Origin: Tubiluchus corallicola
Lineage: Eukaryota > Animalia > Priapulida
Length of the DNA: 64,000 nt
Reading direction: 5' to 3'
Assembly: GCA_030141605.1 (NCBI GenBank)
Contig: JAQGDQ010000134.1
Location: 467,043 to 531,042, forward strand
Part shown: in pieces, positions 1 through 11,400 of the stretch
Numbering within the stretch: position 1 is the first letter of the stretch
Layout of the letters: each line of letters opens with the position of its first letter
The notes under the pieces: model-generated
Told to the model about the DNA's origin: nothing
Databases searched by the model: none
Seen by the model: the letters and a program-made list of their open reading frames with translations, nothing else
Translations under genes and position numbers: made by a program

Positions 1-37
1 GTGTTGAATTTCAATAAGCTAACAGCACAATGGTTAC

Positions 38-1034
38 CTGCTTCCTTGGCCATGTCAGGATAATCAAAATTTTCCCGGCGTCCAGGCTTCTCAAACTACA
101 AAACAAACAAACAGTGCTTTAAAGTAACAAGCAACTTCTATTGACCAAAACTTAAAGCTAGATGCAACTGTCAAATCTGATCCGATACCACATTATTTTC
201 CTTCACAATTCTGGAACAAAACTCCAGAGAAAATTTGCCCAGGGAAAAAACTGAATTTATAAGCAGCTGTTACGCAGCTATGAATGTCCAGCTTGAAGAT
301 CTGAAATAGCAGTAGTGTATAAAAGTTTGTTGTGTGTAGGCTTTAAAAATTTATGAAATGGAGCACAAAAGTCTCAAACAGGCATGCGCCTTCTTGGCAT
401 ACAACATGTTTAATCCATAATTACAACAACAGTGAATGACTCAAGCTGCTTCAGTACATTCCAAACAAAACTGATATGAGTGTTTTTATTGTCTTGTGCC
501 TCAATCTTTGGTGTTGTCTGTCATATCGTGGTTTTTGGTGGAGGAAAACTTAAAACGGATATTTGTGAAAGGTAGCAGCACGCAATAAACCTGTGAGCAA
601 CTGTTGGCATTTACGAACTAAGGAAAAGCTTATTATCTTTCATTAGAGAAATGACAAAAGAGGCCGTTCACGCAAAAGACTTTGTAGCAACAGGCCTTTG
701 ATGCACATAAGACTGCGGGTTTCACCCCCGACAATCAGATGGGGCAAGGAACGGTGAACGGGTGAGTTAATCAGGCTGGAGCGTCAAGAGAGATTGTCAT
801 TCATTTGTTGGTATTAGGTGTTGCCCACTCAGCCGTGGGTGCTACAGTAGTTAATTAACTCACCATTGTTAGCACTTTTGGAATACAATGGGATGTGCAG
901 TTTAAGGCCACTCGCTCATTGGTTGATACCGGCTCAGGCATGTTCAAGTGATTATTATTTTTCATTAAAGTTTAACGTAATACCTTGGTCATCCCATTTC
1001 CGACAACGAATGCTCTTCTTAATGTCGTCCTCAT
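38..1034 (-). CDS. SCP2: Sterol carrier protein X / peroxisomal thiolase, 5' part (exon 1 984-1034, exon 2 38-95; gene continues left of the window)
   Basis: Exon 1 MRTTLRRAFVVGNGMTK|gta spliced to tag|FEKPGRRENFDYPDMAKEAG|gta. Matches the SCPx N-terminus (RRVFVVGVGMTKF.KPG...DYPD.A.EAG). GT-AG junctions, phase 0. Confidence 0.92.
693..909 (+). ncRNA. Candidate structured RNA or structured repeat of unknown family in SCP2 intron 1
   Basis: GC-richer island with nested helices: 693-708/893-909, 761-771/854-864, hairpins 725-744 and 823-840, and possible pseudoknot 730-736/792-798. Confidence 0.35.
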
Positions 1035-1508
1035 GATAAATGCCTTAGTTTACTTTCTCTCCAAAGGTGAACGATTACAATGCAGACTAACAGATACACG
1101 AATATTCAACCTAAACACATCAACTACTGCACTCACTGTTAAGTGCCTGGCTCGTAAAGTAGCCTGCTACTGTGTAACACTAGCCAGCTAGCTACAGTGT
1201 GTTCTCCCAGACGCATTTAATAAATCACGCAAACAAAATTACTTAACTATTTTTAAATGTTGCATATACAAAAGTTAAGTTAGTTATGATATTTTTTTAT
1301 CAATTATGTATTACCATAACTTTTTAATTATTATAGCTTTAAAATGTTTTTGCTAAAATAACAAGACATTTCTCGTTTAAAATTTGAATCTCGGGCTAGC
1401 TTTATTACGCTGCCCTTTGCAGGTTGTACAAATTTTGTTGCCTTTTGCAAATTTTAATCTTTTCGAAATCCCTGAGTAGGTAAAACGACGCAGAACATTT
1501 GTATAGTC
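1035..1508. promoter_or_regulatory. Putative bidirectional promoter and 5' UTRs between divergent SCP2 and COX7A-like genes
   Basis: Only 474 bp separate the two divergent ATGs (1034 minus, 1509 plus). Confidence 0.55.
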
Positions 1509-3326
1509 ATGTTGACGTCATCTGCTCGAGTACTGATGAGATACACTCCTCGGGTAGGTTTTTATACGGTACTGTTTTAATAGTCATTTATTTTATTTAA
1601 TATCCTACTATTAAGTACTGACCTAAGTTTAAGTTTATTATAATACCATACTAAATGTAATGGTAATACACCATCATGCAAAACACAAGAAATGGTAAAG
1701 TCCGTCAACCGTTACTGGTAACGTACTTATATTCACTACTGAAAGATTGACGACAACAACAATTTTCGTTGTTTATATCAATAGGCCTTGATGAATTATT
1801 ATATGACACATATAGTTACCAACAATAAAAAGATTACACATGCGCAAAGACGTTATAAAGTTTCTAAGTGAGTTTTTTGGGCTCTTTGTAATCCCTTATC
1901 CTTTGAAAGTCAGCCTTTGTATAAAACATACTCATTATTGCATGTATATTAGTATTACTATTAGTATTTCATCGTTTTGTGTCGCAAGTTCTGTAGCTTA
2001 TGTCACTTATGAAGTTTTAAATTGAGTTTTTTGGATTCAGTGTAATCCCTTGTCCTTTAAAAGCCAGGTTTTATAAAAAGCGGCATTTATGACTAGTGCT
2101 TGTTTATTATATCGTTTTGTGTCACAAGTTGTGTAGCTTATGGTACAGGTTGTAGAACTGTACCAATATCACTTTTTTTGAAAATGAAAGTCATAGAACT
2201 AACTATATGCTTACTAAGTAGCCAAATGATTGATAATTATTTTTAACATTCTTTTATTTTAGTTAAAGATGTTAACGAGGTCTTACAAAGCATCAGAGTT
2301 AGTTCCTGGTTCTAAGGGAAAGTATCATCCAAGAATTAGAGAACTGCAAGAACTGATGACTGTGAGTTTAGTGATTATTGTTTTATGGGTAGTTTGATTA
2401 CTAGTTCAATGTTAGACACTCCACAGATGGCAATATCAATTCTCAATTTTTAGCAATTTGAATGTGTTGCAAATGCAGTAATTTTTTAAATGAAGTTTAG
2501 ATTTAATTAGGCAAGTAAATTGTCAGTAATATATGGGAGTTATGAAGCTTTTCATTTTATGCTTTTATTCATTTTGAGGAGGAACCACAATATTCCAAAT
2601 GCATTAAACTCATGCTCGGTTCAGGTTTATATGAAGATGCTAAAAAGTTTTGTTTAGCTACTATTTACAGTTCACACTCCTCTCTGTGTCAGCAACCCTT
2701 GATTTGCACTTTTAACCCTGAAACTAGTAAAACAGTTTGTCTTTCTTGCCCTGTTTTTTTTGGAGAGCGTGTCTTTTATTTTACTTATTTTGGGATGCCT
2801 CCCAATAAAGAGGACCAGAATGCAGTGCTGGATTTGGCACATCCTGCTTACTCATTTTTTGTAAATTTAGTAGTTTCTATAAATTGTGAGAAGTGAAAAT
2901 TAGGCTCCTTTATGGTCTGTGCAATAGTTTGTACAATATTTATGCAAAATGTCAACCTCTTATGATGAAAACTGTGACCTGTGATTGCTTTCAGATATAA
3001 ATGTGACAACAACATGGGTCAACAACGACATGACTAAGTTTTAGAGAGCCCAAACTTCCCAGTGGATTCAGAAACAAAATTAGGAAGTTGAACAGCATGA
3101 TTAAACGTAAATTAGTTTTTATTGTATGATAATAAAAAAAATCTTATTTGTTTCTTTTTGTTGCTTTCAGCGTAATGATGGACTTCCTGTTCACAGAAAG
3201 CGTGGATTCCGTGACGATGTGTTATACCAAACAACACTACTTCTTTCGGCAATAACTGTTGTCAGTGGGTTGTATGTTATCCTAGATTTTGCCTATCCCG
3301 GTGTTCTTAGTGAAAAGAAAAACTAG
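1509..3326 (+). CDS. COX7A: Cytochrome c oxidase subunit 7A-like, mitochondrial (exons 1509-1553, 2263-2361, 3171-3326; 99 aa)
   Basis: Spliced product MLTSSARVLMRYTPR-LKMLTRSYKASELVPGSKGKYHPRIRELQELMT-RNDGLPVHRKRGFRDDVLYQTTLLLSAITVVSGLYVILDFAYPGVLSEKKN. Basic presequence, COX7A motif (D/N)GLPVHxKxG..D..LY, single TM helix; phase-0 GT-AG introns. Confidence 0.88.
1870..2145. repeat. Two-copy ~155-bp tandem duplication in COX7A intron 1
   Basis: gagttttttgg...gtaatccctt...atcgttttgtgtc.caagtt.tgtagcttatg occurs twice in tandem. Confidence 0.75.
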
Positions 3327-3707
3327 TATTATAGAACATTTGCATAAACGTATGATTAAATCATACCAAATATATAGCGATGTCGATAAAAAGCTCTAAT
3401 ACCCGCACAATCTAGAACACAGTATAACTGTGACTCACCATAGGCCTAACACTTTTCAAAAAAAATTTAATGACAAAGGTGTGGTAAAATTTGTAAGACA
3501 ACAGAAATTAGCACTTTTTTAATTAGTGAAAAACTACAAGCTGACAAGTACCAGTGAAATGCGCTGTGATTAATGTAGTTCCGTTTTCTAGCATAGCAGT
3601 GTAATTTCTGTTAAAAGCTATGCACAATAAATGGAAAATATGAGTCTTATATACAAAATTGAATGTTTATTTTTTCATGTCCTGTAGTCAGTTAAAAACA
3701 TGGTTGA

Positions 3708-3800
3708 GTTCCAGGTACACCAAGATAAAATAAAGGTAATTCCAGGTACGCCAAGCTAAAATGAAGGTGGTTCCAGGTATGCCAAGATAAAGTAAAGGTC
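3708..3800. repeat. ~30-bp tandem repeat, 3 copies
   Basis: ttccaggtac(a/g)ccaag(a/c)taaaat..aaggt repeated three times. Confidence 0.75.
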
Positions 3801-5298
3801 ATTGCTTAAGTGGCTGCTGGCAGTTGTTTTTATTTTTAGAATTTGTTTTTCCCATCACTATCTGTTCTATAAATTTTTCAAATTAAGTTTGACCTGTTTT
3901 CTTATGTTTATTTGTCTATCCTGAAACCTTATTACTTCAGTTTAGTTTACGATTTCCTGCTGAGGATGTGATAGCCTTGGTCTGCAGTTCCAATAAAATG
4001 ATTACTTCAATTGGATATTGTCTCTTGTAAATGTTATGACAGCCCATATATTTTTTATATTTGTTTTATATTTTATATTTTTTTAAATATAAAGCCATAT
4101 TTACAATAGCCCATTCTTGTAATTCTCATACACAAGACCTCGAAACAGAAGCAATCCTATCTTTAATTAATTTCAAGTTGAATGTTCTTCGAATGAATGT
4201 TCTTGAATGAAGTTAAACCCAAAAGAACAAGCAACCTTGACTTACGTTGACAACCTTTATTCTATAATAGACAAAATTATTTTCTGTATTAGTTTCTAAA
4301 ATGCAAGCAGTCCTGTATTGTCTACAATTAACAATAATTTACATAGAAATCAAATTTCTGCACTATTCAAGAACAAAGTGTATCATTGCACCTACATCCA
4401 TTTTCATCTAAAACACCTAAACAACGTGGTGCATTTATAGATAAATAACTATGTATCGAATAATACAATTTTCTGTAACTAGCATCTGCAACAAATAACG
4501 TTCTAATAAGTATTGTTACAATTTACAATAAATAACTACAATAAAACTTGCGTAACTTTTGATCAACTAAGCAAATTGTACACTACAACAGTCTGCTTAG
4601 TAACAATACAATACACCTACATATACTTTCCATATATGATGTATAATTATACGTATCCAGTTAGGTTAATGATAACGTAGACAGATAACTGTGACTAGAC
4701 AAAAATTTGGCTTGAACACTGATTATTATGGGTTGACTAGAAAGTTTATATCTTAAAGATTAAATACTTGACTAGCATTGTCTTAAATTGCACAAAAACA
4801 GCTTTACATGTTTAAACTAAAAACAAAAATGCAATAAATTTTACTCATGATTGTACAATATACATACCAAAAACAAAAGATGGTTTGAATAAAATTGTAA
4901 CGTATTTTCAGACTGAAACTTATTTTCTTCCATTTTGTGTAAAGAACTGTAAGCAACAAGTTGTTATAAAATTTTTTCTGAAGTAATTAATACTGCTTAC
5001 ATTTGCAATAGGCAAATGGAATGATGACCACAAAAGTCAAAAGCTTGTCAAATATAGTTTAACGATACTATAAAATCTCATATTCGTGTTTTCATCTCTG
5101 TACAGGTAAGCGTGATACTAATAAAATAATAATTAAACAACTTAATATTCTCCATTTTCAACTGCTTACATTTGCAACAATGAAACGTAGAAAGCACAAC
5201 TCTAATAAAATAAAACAACTCTGTCACAAATAAACAGACACAAACATAAAATATTATAATGAATATCATAATGAGTACTGCTACAACGAGATATCTGT

Positions 5299-5478
5299 TC
5301 ACACTGTGTAGAATTGTGTAGCTGCCGACGACTGCATCTCGATCTGTGCCATCTTGAATTGCAAACGCCTCAACCATTGCAGAAGTATGGTAGAATTAAA
5401 TGATAATTCATCTTTTGTCTGTATTGGTGGGATGTAATTCTGACAATTCTGCAATCTCATTTGCATCTGTCCAGGCAG
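5299..5478 (-). CDS. unc-79: unc-79 terminal coding exon
   Basis: cag|LPGQMQMRLQNCQ...WLRRLQFKMAQIEMQSSAATQFYTV*; conserved UNC-79 C-terminus. Confidence 0.92.
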   Translation of the reverse strand: MPGQMQMRLQNCQNYIPPIQTKDELSFNSTILLQWLRRLQFKMAQIEMQSSAATQFYTV

Positions 5479-8400
5479 CTGTAAGACAGTTTGATAATGC
5501 AAATTACGTTAGCTTGTTTCAAAGTATAAAGGTTGAATCAAGCAATGTTATGTACAGGGTGTTTCAGAGAAAACAGTGTAGTAAAAACATGCTGATATGC
5601 TGACACTAGTGTACAAAAAACGGGTAATATGGTAGAAAAATTAGAATTGTGCAAATATAATTGGATTTTATTATGTGATAATACAGACCTATATGGCAGA
5701 GTTCTACAAGGGTCTGTTTATTGAGGCCCATCAAGCAGTCCATGTATCCGGCCCGCCAGTAGTGAAAAATCACCAATTATCAGCTAGTCGTTATTATATA
5801 CTAGAACTCACTCCAACTTTTTTTGTGATTTGATAAGCTTGCTTCTAGGGAAGGGAAGGGGAGCTCGAAAACTCTCCAAGTGCTGCACAAATATTTTTTC
5901 TACAGAGAGTTTGGGTAAGTTTTCTGAAGAACGGACAAAAAATGCTCAGTTTGGCAGTTTTTGTCCCCTCCTGGTTCATCCCACGTCTTGAAGCCACGTA
6001 AATTTAAAATCTGGTATAAAAAACATAACATTTCACAAAGCATACCTGAGCATGATAGCAGTGCAATACAGGAGCCCACATCGGAAACAACTAAAAAATA
6101 CAGAAATGAAAAGTCAGTTTAGATCCCACAATTCATCTTTCAAATTTCAATAACAAGTATGCATACAGCGATATAGGGTTTATTAAGCATTTAATAAATA
6201 AAATTAGAAAAAACTTCACTAATCTAATACCCAGAAAGGACCATGTCATATATGGTGCTACAGTTCTGAGAGAAAATGATCCAGATGTACAGGTAAGACA
6301 AATGGAATGTTCTTGTTATCGTGTGCTTACAGTTAAAAAATTAATTATTTTGAGGTCATGGTAAGTAAACTCTAGAATATACCATTCTGAGTAAAGATAA
6401 GCTATACTGTTGTTTTAGTTATGACCAAACAAAGCAACCTTTTTTAGCAAAAATGGATACACATTTTCTTACTCATCAAAGGTACACTAACTGCTATTAA
6501 TTTGATAATAGTGTTAGTAGATTGCGACACTCATATAATAAACAGCAGTCATAATAATATAATATGCATAATGTGGTGCCACCTGCTAATAAGAATGATG
6601 AAGTATAATAAGCCAGTTTACCTTTAATTACAAAAGTGCAACACTGGATCTTACTAGTTCAGCAAGTGAAGAAATATAAACGATCTGTGGAACGCTCATG
6701 AGTCACTTTTTATAAAGGTGTATAAAAGCAACCTCACTTATTAAAGCTTACCTTTGATAAAACTGTAGAGTTACATTCTTGTAATGCTTCAATCAGACTC
6801 AAAAAATGTAAGTTAACCATCTCTGCAAGCTATGAAATAACAAATAATCACTAACAATGTGCCGATATGAATCGATAAAGAATAAATACACTGCCCTAGT
6901 ATTCTAATCGCATTAATCATTTTCATTTTCTTGTCCAGCAGGTAAAATTTTTGTTTATTACCGTCTTGTTAATGTAATATTAATAAAGCTGTAACAGATT
7001 TCTAAACTGAGGCCTTTTGTTATAAATAAAACTATTCATCGAATGAAACTGAGTCATGATTTAAATTCACTGTAAAGTGTAAACTGTAATGCAAGTATGG
7101 ATGAAAAGTTGGGGTCCATGGTAAATTTTCATAAATTCATATAAACACTAAAAGCGATCATATGCCAAATAAATTCCTGTAACTCAGAAGAGAAGAAAAT
7201 GATGAGCTGATCTAGAAAATTTATGTAACTGAGATTGTGGTTTAACTTAAACCTCTGTAACTGATTAATCTAACCAATTTCTCAGCTAATACTAATATTT
7301 AGAAAGTTAGACAACTATAGACAAATCATACAGCATTGTAAGTTGAGCTCAACTGGCCCCGACAGTTGCAAAATTTTCAGTTTACAACATTTTCGTTTTT
7401 CATGAACATCATTGTGCATTTTAAAACATTTTAATTATCAGGTGATGATTTTGGCTACAGCAGTAAAGTCAATATTTTGTGTAATGAAAAGGTATCACTT
7501 AGTAAGTGAATACTGGGGAAAGTAATCAATGCTTGAGGTTTTCTACAGATAATTATTACTTGTAATGGTTATCACTGGAGGAATACTGCAGCAGACTTCA
7601 CGGGCAATAAATCTAATTAAGCATACGAGATTTTTGTAAAGTTTCGTAGCTACCATATGTAAGAAAATCGCAAGAAATCATGCCAATTCACTTCTGTTAA
7701 ATCTATGAACAATTACTAATGTACAATCCATAGATTACAACCCTAAAGAGTAAGCATGCTATATAATAAACTTTGCCTGAAGCACTTCAATTTATCAAAA
7801 GGCTGCGTGCTTTTTGTGCAGCAAATAAAGGTAGACTATTTCTAGTAGAAAACTAATATCCCATTTCTCCGTGTTACCTAACTGACAACAAAGGTGAAAG
7901 GAAATTTTCATGCCTTTTTTTGAAAATACTAAATGTTTCCTCTTAGCTTCCTCTTCCCACGAAATGGAAAGAAGAAAATTGGTCACTATGTCTATCAATT
8001 TCCCACAAAAAACAAGTGAGCATGCCACTGAGCTAGAAAAAGAAACTAGTTTACCACAAGCCGAAGATTCCACACACAACAAATCTTGTTACTTTTCAAC
8101 AAGTTTAACAAAAACTGAGCGTTTTTTGGCTAAACTGGAACTTTTATATTGTAAGATAATTCATCATGCTCTGATATTCTGGCGCACTTCAATATAGCAT
8201 GCAAAACCTACCATAACTGTATATTACATGCGTCGTGTGCCCACTAGCTAAATCTACAGAACAATCAAATAAGAAGTAAAAATTTTAATTCTGCATGCAC
8301 GAGATTGACAACAAACCTCTGACCGATCCTGCATGTATAAAAATTGTAAAATTGAGAGCATTAAGCGTCGAATATTAAATGTCTGGTCAAAAAGAAAACA

Positions 8401-11400
8401 GTAAATAACACTAAACTGTTATTAAAGGCCTATACAACCGCAACCTATACAACCGCAATAGACATTGAAGTTTTTTCAACGCACTCTTCTGATTACAGAA
8501 AGAATTCATAGTTATTATTAAACAAAGGAGACTTATAAATTAAATAACTTACCTTTTTCTGGTGAATTTCGTAAAGATGCCGTAAAGATCACCATGTTCT
8601 GCATCTTCGGCACGAGTGAGCGAGAATGACGTACGAGGCACAGAAAGTGTCTTTGGTTATTGATGTTTATTTACCGATCTTTGGTGACCTCGCGACTGAA
8701 TTCATAACGTCATTCGTCTCGAACAACAAAAAATGACGGTTCCTTAAATTTAATACCGCTAACAACGAAGTGTTAAAAAATAAAAAAAACAAGTTTTACA
8801 GTTTATAATAAAATTAATTCAATATTCATAATGAGAGTAGGATTTTAAGTTGTAAAAGCTTATATTATAGTGAAGATTTAGTCTGACTTTAAAGTGCCAG
8901 AAATCACCCACATTGTCATTGTTTCTCCTTATGGTGCACATAAACAGATTCATTAAAAATGACAAGACTTACCACTTTGGAATGCGAGACAAGCTGCAAA
9001 ACGCCGGGGGTGACCCGCCCCCAGAAGTCCAGGATGGTGACTGAAGCAGTGATGTGTTGTTCGCTGGAGGGTGCATTCATACAAGCCAGCTGTTCACAGT
9101 ACATTGTCCAGAGCTGCATCAACAAAACAAGATAAGTACAGAAAAAACAAGTTAAGGCAAAACAGAATCTTAAAAATTCAAACGAAATAACAAAAAGGCT
9201 TAATAATACCCAATTAAAGCTGATCAGGTTGGGAAGGTAGCCAGAAAGTTCTGATCAGGTTGGATCAAAAAATGAAGATTACACAAATAGGTTCAAACTC
9301 AAAAGCATGGAATGGCACCCGAGCGCCATCATCACTTGGCCATCATGCCTTCCTCACTCTTAACAAATTTCAAATAAAATGAAATCCTATAGAAGCATCT
9401 AACTTCAGTGTCATACATGTTATTTTCATAATGACACAATGATGTTAAACTTCTATCATTGTCAACTTTCAGTTACTCATCTATAACTCCATTCTTATAA
9501 AGCTGCAGATTAGATGATAGGATTAATTTGAAACATCATGCAATCAGAAAATTTTGTTGCAATTTCTGTGTACAATCCTAAAGGCACAGAGCAAAACCAA
9601 GCAATAGGCATAATTTTACTAGTGATTACTACTAATTAAAAATTTTTGCAAAGTGTTTGATGCTGAATATGAACAGAGAAAATGTAATGCCCTTTATAGT
9701 CTCAAAGATTATATTATTTATTCAGTAACTTTCGCCCGAGCGAGACTCATCAGCTGAACAGAAAGTGCTAGTAAACTGAGAGTGATGAATATGGCTTTGA
9801 TTAGCATTCGAACTCGTGAATTTCGAGTTGATTCAGTTTCGATTTCTGGTCTATCCTAACAGCCTAAATAATCAACCAACTTTAAAACAAAGTACTGTGC
9901 TATAAATTAGATATCATATTCTAATTACTAGGATAATGCATTGGGCTCATTAACATTGGCAATATATTTCACAGAGATACAAACCTGACAAAGAATAAAT
10001 GTATTATACAAGGAGGACATGTGCAGAACAGACGCCTTAGATTGCTCAGCGAAGCCAGTCAAAATAACCAATACATGATCGGCAATATGGGTGCTGGCAT
10101 CTATCGGAATCGGTTGGCAAACAATGGCACCCTGAGCTTGTGTCATGGCCGAATGCGTCAGAGAACCGAGCAGTAACCATGACAACAAACGAATATGTGC
10201 GATGCAATCGGTGAATTCTTTCGGACTAAAAGAAAAAACATGAAATGATTATATTTATTAAAATTTGTTCATAAGATGGCAGATTACTAATGACACGTAA
10301 GCTTACAATTACTTTTACATAAAACTCAATGTCACACCCACATTTCTACAAAGAAACTTTAAATTACTTATTAGCACTAAGAAAAGTAAAATACTGTCAG
10401 GAGCAGTCACTGCTCAATACTGTTTGGATGTATATGAACTCGAGAGATCAATTTTGCCAACTACTATATGTATTAAATACTGATATAATTTACCCCTGTT
10501 GCATGGCTGAGGGTGGGTGACTGAGCCAAGGCAGGTACCGCCCGTGAGCACGGAAGTCTCGTCCATTGCTCCGTGTGAACTCTAATGCCACATATTGTGC
10601 TACGCCAGCTTTGAGAAGCCCACCTAATGTATCCTCATTCAGTGCAGCTGAAGAGCCACCTTTCATATTACTCTGGAACAACGTAAAAACAATTAGTCAT
10701 CTGCCATAGCAGTACTTAATGCAGTCATTCTGCAATAATGAAAAAATGATTAACTGTCCTACAACCTTGCTTTAATGTGATTACTTTGTAACAATGTAAG
10801 AACAGTGAACTACTTATATCCTTCCTCAATATTACTGCTCTGCAACAATGAACTATCCAATGATTTAATGTGGCTGCTCTGTAACAATGTAAAAACAATG
10901 AACTATCCGAAAATCTTCTCTAATGTGAATACTAAGAAACAACGCAAAGACAATGAGCTATAACATAACCTTCCTTAATGTTAACGCTAAAAAACAATGG
11001 AAAAGTAATGAGCTTTCCCAAAATCTTCTTTATTGTGATTACTAAGAAATAATGCAAAGACAATGAGCTATCCCATTACCATCCTTAGTGTTATTGCTAA
11101 GAAAGAACTGAAAAACAATGAGCTTTCCCATAACCTTTCTTAATGTGATTGCTCTGTAATGTAAAAACAATGTCCTATCCTGTAATTTTCCTTAACATAA
11201 TTTGTCTGTTAAGTATATATAATCTAATTGGAAAGACTATCATTAATGCAAGAAATGAGCATTGAAAAATTAGGATTGAGCACGTATTTGAACCTAAGTC
11301 TTTTGACTTGACTTATAATTAAGTTTTTTTCAATGCACATCCTTGAAACCTACCTTCACTTTGGAGATGGTGTGTAAATCAGCAATAAATTCTATGCAGT

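Noticed and set aside
1522-1557. Hairpin containing CTGATGA as a hammerhead or snoRNA
   Set aside because: No GAAA box; the sequence is COX7A coding exon 1 and its donor.
2985-3000. ttgctttcag acceptor identical to COX7A exon 3's, followed by ATA TAA
   Set aside because: Could be a poison acceptor, but the pyrimidine tract is weak and there is no supporting donor or other evidence.
7795-8197. Overlapping 95-aa ORFs on both strands
   Set aside because: No recognisable motif, signal peptide or splice logic; probably a decayed repeat or chance.
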